This document shows positions 1-6,991 of a stretch of 13,080 bases of DNA, piece after piece (within the stretch, counting starts at the first letter, position 1; the number at the start of each line of letters is the position of its first letter). The notes under the pieces are model-generated. The model saw only the letters and a program-made list of their open reading frames with translations. It was not told where the DNA came from and made no database searches. The position numbers and the translations under genes were made by a program. This stretch comes from a virus (taxonomy: Duplodnaviria > Heunggongvirae > Uroviricota > Caudoviricetes). The DNA is taken from the IMG/VR virus record IMGVR_UViG_2563366976_000005; one strand, 5' to 3'.

Positions 1-1284
1 TTACTTCTTCGCCTCTGCAACCACTTTACTACCCACGCCGCGGTTATTGTATTCCCACATGCGGTTGTAGTTAGTGTCATTCAGATTGCGCTGTATTTCG
101 TCGTTATCATCTACGCTGCCGGTATTACCCGCAAACGGACGATTAGAGATCACCGCATCGGCCCACGGTTTAGCCGTGTTAAAACCTTCGTTGATGGCGC
201 TATCACGGATCACCACCTGACCGTTGGTATTGGCATCAACATCCAGCGAGCGGCCCAGTTGCGCCACACCATCACCGAAAGCATTGAAACGGCTGTTTAC
301 GGCGAGGAAACCGTAGTAAATGTTGGACAGCGTAGCCGGTGCAAACACATACGCTTCTTGCTGAGTACGTGAGTTCACCACGCGGAATTCGGTGTTATCG
401 AACACCACTGCGCCGCGACCAGAAACGATATCCACATCCCCTTCAATGTAGCTGTTGGTCACCAGCGTACGCGGCTGACGATTCGTTTCCAGACGGTTCT
501 GCACACCGCTGTTGGTGACAAAGAAGGTGTTCTGACGACCGAGAATGTTAACGTTGTTAATCTGTACCTGGTCACCATCAGTACGCAGTGCCACCGCCGG
601 ATGGTTACCTGCATCTACGCTATCGCCCAGCGTGTTTTCGATGGTCAGATTTTGCAGTTGCAGGCCATTGTTTTGTGACCAGAAGACCGCAGAGCAGAGA
701 ACACCGATACTGTCGCTGCGTTTGCTCTGGCAGCTATCGTACATATACCACGCTGGTTTACCTGGCATATATTTGCCGCGCGGGTTGACGTCGTGACGCC
801 AGTCGGCAGGGCTCATGCCACCATCAAGGGAAAGCCCAATCTTCACATCAATCGGTTTTTCACCTGTACCGTACAGAGTAATTCCACCCGGAGCGGCAGG
901 GACATATACCGTTCCCTGATACTCACCAGGCATCACGGCAATATACTGGCGCTTGTTGGTACGCTTGATAATTGCCGCATCTACCGCCGCCTGAATCGTG
1001 GTATGCGTTACACCTTGAGTGCCCGCCGGGCCGACAACAAAGTCAGGTTGCGCAGGCAGGGTAATCGGGGAAGGATTCCACGCTGCAGCACCTGGTGTCA
1101 GGGATGCAAAATAGTGTTGAGCATCGAAATTCTGCGCTTCTTTTGCCGACAGAATCGGGCGAGAAGAGGTACCAGGCGCGGTTTGATCAGAAGGACGTTG
1201 ATCGGGCGGGGTTGAGCTACAGGCGGTCAGCGTCACGCCAAAAGCCAATGCCAGCGCCAGACGGGAAACTGAAAATGTGTTCAC
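1..1284 (-). CDS. ybhC: YbhC, pectinesterase-family outer-membrane lipoprotein (acyl-CoA thioesterase), host chromosomal gene flanking attB-lambda
   Basis: Complete 427-aa ORF with its stop at 1..3. It has a signal peptide with lipobox LTAC. Pectinesterase-like blocks are present in variant form (GRQNTFF, GDVDIVSG, QLGRS). It lies directly next to the lambda att core, as ybhC does in E. coli. Confidence 0.9.
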   Translation of the reverse strand: MNTFSVSRLALALAFGVTLTACSSTPPDQRPSDQTAPGTSSRPILSAKEAQNFDAQHYFASLTPGAAAWNPSPITLPAQPDFVVGPAGTQGVTHTTIQAAVDAAIIKRTNKRQYIAVMPGEYQGTVYVPAAPGGITLYGTGEKPIDVKIGLSLDGGMSPADWRHDVNPRGKYMPGKPAWYMYDSCQSKRSDSIGVLCSAVFWSQNNGLQLQNLTIENTLGDSVDAGNHPAVALRTDGDQVQINNVNILGRQNTFFVTNSGVQNRLETNRQPRTLVTNSYIEGDVDIVSGRGAVVFDNTEFRVVNSRTQQEAYVFAPATLSNIYYGFLAVNSRFNAFGDGVAQLGRSLDVDANTNGQVVIRDSAINEGFNTAKPWADAVISNRPFAGNTGSVDDNDEIQRNLNDTNYNRMWEYNNRGVGSKVVAEAKK

Positions 1285-1320
1285 AGGTTGCTCCGGGCTA
1301 TGAAATAGAAAAATGAATCC

Positions 1321-1420
1321 GTTGAAGCCTGCTTTTTATACTAAGTTGGCATTATAAAAAAGCATTGCTTATCAATTTGTTGCAACGAACAGGTCACTAT
1401 CAGTCAAAATAAAATCATTA
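1321..1420. other. attL: attL (B-O-P'): core 1331..1344, IHF H' site 1370..1382, Int arm-type sites P'1 to P'3 at 1391..1420
   Basis: The core reads gctttttatactaa. It is preceded by the host B arm (gttgaagcct) and followed by gttggcattataaaaaagcattgcttatcaatttgttgcaacgaacaggtcactatcagtcaaaataaaatcatta, recalled as the lambda P' arm. tatcaatttgttg fits the IHF consensus WATCAANNNNTTR. aggtcactat, cagtcaaaat and aaaatcatta are arm-type Int sites. Confidence 0.9.
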
Positions 1421-2488
1421 TTTGATTTCAATTTTGTCCCACTCCCTGCCTCTGTCATCACGATACTGTGATGCCATGGTGTCCGACTTATGCCCGAGAA
1501 GATGTTGAGCAAACTTATCGCTTATCTGCTTCTCATAGAGTCTTGCAGACAAACTGCGCAACTCGTGAAAGGTAGGCGGATCCCCTTCGAAGGAAAGACC
1601 TGATGCTTTTCGTGCGCGCATAAAATACCTTGATACTGTGCCGGATGAAAGCGGTTCGCGACGAGTAGATGCAATTATGGTTTCTCCGCCAAGAATCTCT
1701 TTGCATTTATCAAGTGTTTCCTTCATTGATATTCCGAGAGCATCAACATGCAATGCTGTTGGGATGGCAATTTTTACGCCTGTTTTGCTTTGCTCGACAT
1801 AAAGATATCCATCTACGATATCAGACCACTTCATTTCGCATAAATCACCAACTCGTTGCCCGGTAACAACAGCCAGTTCCATTGCAAGTCTGAGCCAACA
1901 TGGTGATGATTCTGCTGCTTGATAAATTTTCAGGTATTCGTCAGCCGTAAGTCTTGATCTCCTTACCTCTGATTTTGCTGCGCGAGTGGCAGCGACAGGG
2001 TTTGTTGTTATATGGCCTTCAGCTATTGCCTCTCGGAATGCATCGCTCAGTGTTGATCTGATTAACTTGGCTGACGCCGCCTTGCCCTCGTCTATGTATC
2101 CATTGAGCATTGCCGCAATTTCTTTTGTGGTGATGTCTTCAAGTGGAGCATCAGGCAGACCCCTCCTTATTGCTTTAATTTTGCTCATGTAATTTATGAG
2201 TGTCTTCTGCTTGATTCCTCTGCTGGCCAGGATTTTTTCGTAGCGATCAAGCCATGAATGTAACGTAACGGAATTATCACTGTTGATTCTCGCTGTCAGA
2301 GGCTTGTGTTTGTGTCCTGAAAATAACTCAATGTTGGCCTGTATAGCTTCAGTGATTGCGATTCGCCTGTCTCGGCCTAATCCAAACTCTTTACCCGTCC
2401 TTGGGTCCCTGTAGCAGTAATATCCATTGTTTCTTATATAAAGGTTAGGGGGTAAATCCCGGCGCTCATGACTTCGCCTTCTTCCCAT
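1418..2488 (-). CDS. int: Lambda-type tyrosine integrase Int
   Basis: The 356-aa ORF is essentially lambda Int by recall (MGRRRSHERRDLPPNLYIRNNGYYCY...). The catalytic set is intact: R in GQRVGDL, H..R in HELRSL, H in LLGHKS, Y in ASQY. It overlaps xis as in lambda. Confidence 0.97.
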   Translation of the reverse strand: MGRRRSHERRDLPPNLYIRNNGYYCYRDPRTGKEFGLGRDRRIAITEAIQANIELFSGHKHKPLTARINSDNSVTLHSWLDRYEKILASRGIKQKTLINYMSKIKAIRRGLPDAPLEDITTKEIAAMLNGYIDEGKAASAKLIRSTLSDAFREAIAEGHITTNPVAATRAAKSEVRRSRLTADEYLKIYQAAESSPCWLRLAMELAVVTGQRVGDLCEMKWSDIVDGYLYVEQSKTGVKIAIPTALHVDALGISMKETLDKCKEILGGETIIASTRREPLSSGTVSRYFMRARKASGLSFEGDPPTFHELRSLSARLYEKQISDKFAQHLLGHKSDTMASQYRDDRGREWDKIEIK

Positions 2489-2684
2489 TTCTGATCCTCT
2501 TCAAAAGGCTACCTGTTACTGGTCGATTTAAGTCAACCTTTACCGCTGATTCGTGGAACAGATATTCTCTTCCATCCTTAACCGGAGGAGGGAATATCCT
2601 GCATTCGCGCACCCATCGACGAACTGTTTCAAGGCTTCTTGGGCGTCGCTGGCGAGCGTTCCACTCCTGAAGTGTCAAGTACAT
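2466..2684 (-). CDS. xis: Excisionase Xis
   Basis: The 72-aa ORF MYLTLQEWNARQRRPRSLETVRRWVRECRIFPPPVKDGREYLFHESAVKVDLNRP... matches lambda Xis by recall. Its 23-nt overlap with the int start is as in lambda. Confidence 0.95.
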   Translation of the reverse strand: MYLTLQEWNARQRRPRSLETVRRWVRECRIFPPPVKDGREYLFHESAVKVDLNRPVTGSLLKRIRNGKKAKS

Positions 2685-2710
2685 CGCAAAGTCTCCGCAA
2701 TTACACGCAA

Positions 2711-2732
2711 GAAAAAACCGCCATCAGGCGGC
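2711..2732 (-). terminator. Putative intrinsic terminator (leftward) overlapping the orf55 stop
   Basis: The minus strand reads gccgcc-tgat-ggcgg followed by tttttt. The stem is 5 bp and GC-only. Confidence 0.5.
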
Positions 2733-2891
2733 TTGGTGTTCTTTCAGTTCTTCAATTCGAATATTGGTTACGTCTGCATGTGCTATCTGCGCCCACAGCA
2801 TCCAGTGGTTATAGCAGTCGCTGATGTTCTCGGCTTCGATAACTCTGTTGAATGGTTCTCCATTCCATTCACCTGTAACTCGGAAGTGCAT
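2724..2891 (-). CDS. Small lambda orf55-like protein (55 aa), below the ORF-track cutoff
   Basis: Hand translation gives MHFRVTGEWNGEPFNRVIEAENISDCYNHWMLWAQIAHADVTNIRIEELKEHQAA, with ATG at 2891..2889 and TGA at 2726..2724. It resembles the lambda ORF between xis and ea8.5 by recall. Confidence 0.6.
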   Translation of the reverse strand: MHFRVTGEWNGEPFNRVIEAENISDCYNHWMLWAQIAHADVTNIRIEELKEHQAA

Positions 2892-2902
2892 TTATCATCG
2901 CC

Positions 2903-2929
2903 ATAAAACAAAACTCGCCGTAGCGAGTT
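2903..2929 (-). terminator. Putative intrinsic terminator (leftward), second of a tandem pair
   Basis: The minus strand reads aactcgc-tacg-gcgagtt followed by ttgttttat. The stem is 7 bp (2912..2918 with 2923..2929). Confidence 0.6.
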
Positions 2930-2931
2930 CA

Positions 2932-2960
2932 GATAAAAGAAAACCCGCACTCGGCGGGTT
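2932..2960 (-). terminator. Putative intrinsic terminator (leftward), closes the accessory cassette
   Basis: The minus strand reads aacccgc-cgagt-gcgggtt followed by ttcttttat. The stem is 7 bp (2942..2948 with 2954..2960). Confidence 0.7.
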
Positions 2961-2980
2961 CGCATTCGTTCAAATTGCGT

Positions 2981-3262
2981 TTACTTCTTGGCGTTCTGTT
3001 CATCCATATCGATATACCATGGGTTGCTTCCCTTGGGCATGTTTAACGACTGCTCGCGATAGTATCTGATGCGCTCCATGAAATACTCGCGTGAGTGCTC
3101 AGGTTGCTCTCATGATACCTGCTCAGTGATAACAGGTATGTTAAGGCGCTCTCTGTACTCCATGCCTGATGCTGCAAGGTCAACGTTTACCTTGTTCTGT
3201 TTTTCTTTCGATTTCTCGGCGATGTTATGCCTGACATTGTCAACCCGCCTCCTTCTGAACAT
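2981..3262 (-). pseudogene. 93-codon reading frame broken by one in-frame TGA (3110..3112); alternatively two short ORFs of 50 and 32 aa
   Basis: Hand translation gives MFRRRRVDNVRHNIAEKSKEKQNKVNVDLAASGMEYRERLNIPVITEQVS-stop-EQPEHSREYFMERIRYYREQSLNMPKGSNPWYIDMDEQNAKK-stop. The same frame runs on both sides of the TGA. No clear SD precedes the ATG at 3262. Confidence 0.3.
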
Positions 3263-3482
3263 AACGGTTATAAATCAGTCCCTGAGGGCCATAAGGAAGC
3301 GGGATGTGCAACTCCTCTGGTTCAGAAACTATCCATTCCCCGGCCATCTCCGCTGGAGAGGTAATGATAAGTTGTTTGCTAATAAAAGGACCACTCCTCT
3401 CAACAACAAGCTTACCATCTTCATTAATAAAAGCTTGGATGTCAGGTGTGCTTCCACACTTGGTGATGCAGCGTTTGAACAT
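3240..3482 (-). CDS. Hypothetical protein (80 aa from MFKRC; the frame is open to 3524)
   Basis: This minus-strand ORF runs in the same direction as the operon. A G-rich SD (ggggggacacaaaATG) precedes the ATG at 3482. The putative promoter at 3513..3521 would exclude the 3524 start. I recognise no family. Confidence 0.4.
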   Translation of the reverse strand: MFKRCITKCGSTPDIQAFINEDGKLVVERSGPFISKQLIITSPAEMAGEWIVSEPEELHIPLPYGPQGLIYNRYVQKEAG

Positions 3483-3512
3483 TTTGTGTCCCCCCATTTT
3501 ATGGACGGGGTA

Positions 3513-3521
3513 ATTATAACA
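3513..3521 (-). promoter_or_regulatory. Putative extended -10 promoter element (TGtTATAAT) for the accessory cassette
   Basis: The minus strand reads gTGtTATAAT in an AT-rich 85-nt spacer (3525..3608). No good -35 is present, which is acceptable for extended -10 promoters. Confidence 0.35.
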
Positions 3522-3608
3522 CATTGAAATATAGTAATATTTGACGTAGATTTCTTTTGATCTATAAGCGATTTTTTAATGCTTTTAAGTTATAAATACT
3601 TGTTTTCA

Positions 3609-4184
3609 TCACCCATCTTGCTGCGGTGCTACTATTGAAAAGTACTCACACCCTTTAGCCCAAATAGTTTTGATAGTTGTCCAACTGACTGGAACCTTGA
3701 TTTCGATTCTTCCGCTGCCGTCACAAGTTTCGCAATCATCATCACCAAAGCATTCCGGGCAGCTTATAAACGTAGTTTCTGAAAATTCACCGGATAGCAC
3801 ACCCTTAGCGCCGTTCTCAGCGGTTAGTTTCTTCGGCACTATAACCCAACCATCCGGAGTTACCGGAGAATTGCCATTTATATCGAAGTTTGGCTCTGCG
3901 TCCTGAACCAGGAGGATGTAACCATTCTTGGCAGTATCAAGTTCTAACGCCTCGGTGACGGTACCGAAATAGCGATTACCTAAATCCGCATCACAAGTGC
4001 TTACATCAATGGAAACCTCCATGCCTTCGATTAATTCTGGCAAGTTGTAAGTTTGGCTTACAGGTTCTGCTCCCAGTGATGCCAGTGCAATTCGTGCCAG
4101 TTCCATTTGTTCGCCACGAGTAAGCCCGTTTTCAAGCGGATTTTTAATGAACAATTCAATACGTTCTTTGGTAATAGTGGTCAT
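3609..4184 (-). CDS. Hypothetical protein with a C-terminal DnaJ-type CxxC..CxxCxGxG zinc-ribbon motif
   Basis: 191-aa ORF with SD aaggactaacaaATG. The motif is CPECFGDDDCETCDGSGRI. The N-terminal part (LTRGEQMELARIALASLGAEPV) resembles N-termini of the variable Ead/Ea22-region proteins of lambdoid phages. Confidence 0.6.
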   Translation of the reverse strand: MTTITKERIELFIKNPLENGLTRGEQMELARIALASLGAEPVSQTYNLPELIEGMEVSIDVSTCDADLGNRYFGTVTEALELDTAKNGYILLVQDAEPNFDINGNSPVTPDGWVIVPKKLTAENGAKGVLSGEFSETTFISCPECFGDDDCETCDGSGRIEIKVPVSWTTIKTIWAKGCEYFSIVAPQQDG

Positions 4185-4194
4185 TTGTTAGTCC

Positions 4195-4950
4195 TTAAAC
4201 TGCTAGTTGCAATTGCATTTCAAAGCGGTCGCGTTGTTCACAATACGCAAGAGAACCAGGGCTATTGTGTGCCTCAATCCGTTCTACCATTAATGCTGCG
4301 CGTGTCTCTTTACTTGCAGGTGCATAAGCCCCAGACCAGGCTTTATCAATACCGATGTTTCGAGCGACGTTCGTACTATCTGCGCTGGCTAAGGGTAATT
4401 TTGTGAATATCAGCGGATTTAACATGCGCAATCCATGTAGTTTCGTAACCGGCTGACCATGCCCATCAACAATGTGACGAATCAGGTCTTTCATTCTGGC
4501 TACCGCAAGAGTTGGGCGCTTTACGTCATAGTCGCCACAACTACCGATAGCCACTCGCGGAAACTCATTGCACAAATGAATAAATCGCTCGTCACTTTCA
4601 TTCATGTGCCACACTGGAACGCCAGCTAGTTTTCCGTGAGGCCACTCATTCAGAAGCGCATCATTTTCCTCCTCTCCGCCATCAATAACATCCGGGATAA
4701 TGGCAAAATCGAATCCTGGGTGATTCTTCCAGCGAGCAACAAACTCGTAGTAATCGCTCCAGTCGATTTTGTTTTTGCCAGCTGCTTTCCAGGCGGTGAA
4801 TGCACCGTTGTCCAGCGCGAACGACTGACAGTATTCAGCCGCGAGATTGATCTGGCCTGAATGCGCAAAACTGATAAACGCATGTCGCCCTTTCCATGCT
4901 CTCATTGCGCACGTATCAGGAGTAATAGGCCCACCGTGGTAGTGAATCAT
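4195..4950 (-). CDS. TGT-superfamily protein, DpdA-like (putative guanine/7-deazaguanine transglycosylase)
   Basis: 251 aa from MIHYHGGP. The SD is aaaggagagtgagATG, and this start lies 1 nt after the upstream gene's stop, so I prefer it to the 4992 start. Motifs are colinear with E. coli Tgt: FALDNGAF/TDSGGFQ, IIPDVI/MIFDEC, VAIGSCG/YAVGGLA, LHGLRM/LMGVGK, ADSTNVARN/FDCVMPTRNARN. The assignment is not confirmed by a search. Confidence 0.55.
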   Translation of the reverse strand: MIHYHGGPITPDTCAMRAWKGRHAFISFAHSGQINLAAEYCQSFALDNGAFTAWKAAGKNKIDWSDYYEFVARWKNHPGFDFAIIPDVIDGGEEENDALLNEWPHGKLAGVPVWHMNESDERFIHLCNEFPRVAIGSCGDYDVKRPTLAVARMKDLIRHIVDGHGQPVTKLHGLRMLNPLIFTKLPLASADSTNVARNIGIDKAWSGAYAPASKETRAALMVERIEAHNSPGSLAYCEQRDRFEMQLQLAV

Positions 4951-4951
4951 C

Positions 4952-5359
4952 TCACTCTCCTTTGATGCGAATGCCAGTAGCGCGGATTGCATCGATGACT
5001 TCAGAAACTTTGTATGCCATTACCGTTTGGTAATCATCGTGAAAATCTGTTCGATGAAGCATGCTGCTACGTTCCGGGAGCAGTATTTCCCGCGCTTCCA
5101 GTTCTGCAATGCGCTTTTTTGCTGCTTCCAGTTCATCCAGTAATTCCAGCACGGTAGCCGGATTAGCCTTGGCAACAAAATCCCGGACTGGCTTACAATC
5201 AATCTCCGCAATGGGTTGATACGATGTGTAGCCATGCTGTCTTGTATAACTACCGTGACGAATAACGAAAAAATCACCATTTATTTTTTTAGCCTGCCAC
5301 TTATCTTCACCGGCTTTCTCTGCCGCTTCACGCAGTGCCTGAGAGTTAATTTCGCTCAC
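4952..5359 (-). CDS. Ead/Ea22-like family protein (lambda Ea22 N-terminus, divergent body)
   Basis: 135 aa with a GTG start in a GTGA overlap with the upstream stop. The first residues, MSEINSQALREAAE, and the last, GIRIKGE, match lambda Ea22 by recall. The coiled-coil segment LELLDELEAAKKRIAELE is typical of the family. Confidence 0.7.
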   Translation of the reverse strand: MSEINSQALREAAEKAGEDKWQAKKINGDFFVIRHGSYTRQHGYTSYQPIAEIDCKPVRDFVAKANPATVLELLDELEAAKKRIAELEAREILLPERSSMLHRTDFHDDYQTVMAYKVSEVIDAIRATGIRIKGE

Positions 5360-5577
5360 GTCGAACCTCTCTGTTTACTGATAAGCTCCAGATCTTGCTG
5401 GCAACTGGCACAAGTCCGACAACCCTGAACGGCCAGTCGTCTTCGTTCATCTATCGGATCGCCACACTCACAACAATGAGTGGCAGATATAGCCTGGTGG
5501 TTCAGGCGGCGCATTTTTATTGCTGTGTTGCGCTGTAATTCTTCAATTTCTGATGCTGAATCAATTATGTCTGCCAT
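5356..5577 (-). CDS. DksA/TraR-family C4 zinc-finger protein (lambda orf73-like)
   Basis: 73 aa with CCECGDPIDERRRLAVQGCRTCASCQ, which is CxxC-x17-CxxC. The position matches lambda orf73. Confidence 0.85.
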   Translation of the reverse strand: MADIIDSASEIEELQRNTAIKMRRLNHQAISATHCCECGDPIDERRRLAVQGCRTCASCQQDLELISKQRGST

Positions 5578-5629
5578 CTTTCATTAATCCCTGAATTGTT
5601 GGTTAATACGCTTGAGGGTGAATGCGAAT

Positions 5630-5653
5630 AATAAAAAAGGAGCCTGTAGCTCC
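5630..5653 (-). terminator. Putative intrinsic terminator (leftward)
   Basis: The minus strand reads ggagc-tacag-gctcc followed by ttttttatt. Confidence 0.55.
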
Positions 5654-5675
5654 CTGATGATTTTGCTTTTCATGT

Positions 5676-5891
5676 TCACCGTTCCTTAAAGACGCCGTTC
5701 AACATGCCGATCGCCAGGCTTAAATGAGTCGGTGTGAATCCCATCAGCGTTACCGTTTCGCGGTGCTTCTTTAGTACGCTACGGCAAATGTAATCGACGT
5801 TTTTATCCGGAAACTGCTGTCTGGCTTTTTTGATTTCAGAATTAGCCTGACGGGCAATGCTGCGAAGGGCGTTTTCTTGCTGAGGTGTCAT
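5676..5891 (-). CDS. Lambda orf61-region hypothetical protein (71 aa from MTPQQ)
   Basis: I chose the start at the ATGA overlap with the preceding 27-codon ORF. The longer ORF-track start at 5957 has no SD and would overlap that ORF. Confidence 0.6.
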   Translation of the reverse strand: MTPQQENALRSIARQANSEIKKARQQFPDKNVDYICRSVLKKHRETVTLMGFTPTHLSLAIGMLNGVFKER

Positions 5892-5971
5892 TGAACAAGC
5901 CCCATGTCGGCAAGCATAAGCACACAGAATATGAAGCCCGCTGCCAGAAAAATGCATTCAGTGGTTGTCAT
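5888..5971 (-). CDS. 27-aa hydrophobic micro-protein, below the ORF-track cutoff
   Basis: Hand translation gives MTTTECIFLAAGFIFCVLMLADMGLVQ. ATGA overlaps occur at both ends: with the orf63 stop at 5968..5971 and with the next gene's start at 5888..5891. Confidence 0.45.
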   Translation of the reverse strand: MTTTECIFLAAGFIFCVLMLADMGLVQ

Positions 5972-6159
5972 ACCTGGTCTCTCTCATCTGCTTCTGCTTT
6001 CGCCACCATCATTTCCAGCTTTTGTGAAAGGGATGCGGCTAACGTATGAAATTCTTCGTCTGTTTCTACTGATATTGGCACAAACCTGACTCCAATTTGA
6101 GCGAGGCTATGTGCCATCTCGATACTCGTTCTTAACTCAACGGGAGATGCTTTGTGCAT
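5968..6159 (-). CDS. Lambda orf63-like protein
   Basis: 63-aa [26 protein letters not shown]... matches lambda orf63 by recall. Confidence 0.75.
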   Translation of the reverse strand: MHKASPVELRTSIEMAHSLAQIGVRFVPISVETDEEFHTLAASLSQKLEMMVAKAEADERDQV

Positions 6160-6314
6160 ACAGCTCCCCGTTTATTATTTATCTCCTCAGCCAGCCGCTG
6201 TGCTTTCAGGGGATTTCTGATAACAGAAAGGCCGGGAAATACCCAGCCTCGCTTTGTAATGGAGTAGACGAAAGTGATCGCGCCCACCCGGATATTATCG
6301 TGAGGATGCGTCAT
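6132..6314 (-). CDS. Lambda orf60a-like protein
   Basis: [61 protein letters not shown] chose the start at the ATGA overlap with the exo stop (6311..6314). Confidence 0.75.
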   Translation of the reverse strand: MTHPHDNIRVGAITFVYSITKRGWVFPGLSVIRNPLKAQRLAEEINNKRGAVCTKHLPLS

Positions 6315-6991
6315 CGCCATTGCTCCCCAAATACAAAACCAATTTCAGCCAGTGCCTCGTCCATTTTTTCGATGAACTCCGGCACCATCTCGTCAAAACT
6401 CGCCATGTACTTTTCATCCCGCTCAACCACGACATAATGCAGGCCTTCACGCTTCATACGCGGGTCATAGTTGGCAAAGTACCAGGCATCTTTTCGCGTC
6501 ACCCACATGCTGTACTGCACCTGGGCCATGTAAGCCGACTTTATGGCCTCGAAACCACCGAGCCGGAACTTCATGAAATCCCGGGAGGTAAACGGGCATT
6601 TCAGCTCAAGGCCATTGCCGTCACTGCATAAACCATCGGGAGAGCAGGCGGTACGCATACTTTCGTCGCGATAGATGATCGGGGATTCAGTAACATTCAC
6701 GCCGGAAGTGAATTCAAACAGAGTTCTGGCGTCGTTCTCGTACTGTTTTCCCCATGCCAGCGCCTTAGCATTAACTTCCGGAGCCACACCGGTGCAAACC
6801 TCAGCCAGCAGGGTGTGGAAGTAGGACATTTTCATGTCAGGCCACTTTTTTCCGGAGCGGGGTTTTGCTATCACATTGTGAACTTCTGAAGCGGTGATGA
6901 CGCCGAGCCGTAATTTGTGCCACGCATCATCCCCCTGTTCGACAGCTCTCACGTCGATTCCGGTACGCTGCAGGATAATGTCCGGTGTCAT
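6311..6991 (-). CDS. exo: Lambda exonuclease (Red alpha)
   Basis: The 226-aa [68 protein letters not shown]... is lambda Exo by recall. Confidence 0.97.
   Translation of the reverse strand: MTPDIILQRTGIDVRAVEQGDDAWHKLRLGVITASEVHNVIAKPRSGKKWPDMKMSYFHTLLAEVCTGVAPEVNAKALAWGKQYENDARTLFEFTSGVNVTESPIIYRDESMRTACSPDGLCSDGNGLELKCPFTSRDFMKFRLGGFEAIKSAYMAQVQYSMWVTRKDAWYFANYDPRMKREGLHYVVVERDEKYMASFDEMVPEFIEKMDEALAEIGFVFGEQWR

Noticed and set aside
545-1316. Several 66 to 140-aa plus-strand ORFs inside ybhC
   Set aside because: They lie entirely within the well-supported 427-aa ybhC frame on the opposite strand, and their Arg/Cys-rich junk composition marks them as shadow ORFs. The same applies to the overlapping ORFs inside int, exo, bet, gam, cI, O and P (for example 1669..1866, 6320..6631, 7305..7625, 7733..8047, 9454..9708, 11502..12335, 12552..12761).
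2783-2965. 60-aa minus-strand ORF overlapping orf55 and both tandem terminators
   Set aside because: It is out of frame with the conserved 55-aa ORF, runs through two terminator hairpins, and has an Arg-rich junk composition.
3069-3527. 152-aa plus-strand ORF, the longest ORF in the accessory spacer
   Set aside because: Its composition (Cys/Ser/Leu/Phe/Arg-rich, low-complexity) is typical of the antisense shadow of minus-strand coding sequence. It has no SD and opposes the whole operon. The minus-strand frames read as more protein-like.
5578-5675. 29-codon minus-strand ORF (MKSKIIRELQAPFLLFAFTLKRINQQFRD) between the orf61-like gene and the TraR-like gene
   Set aside because: It spans the terminator hairpin and T-tract at 5630..5653 and has no SD. 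It is more likely a by-product of the terminator sequence than a gene.
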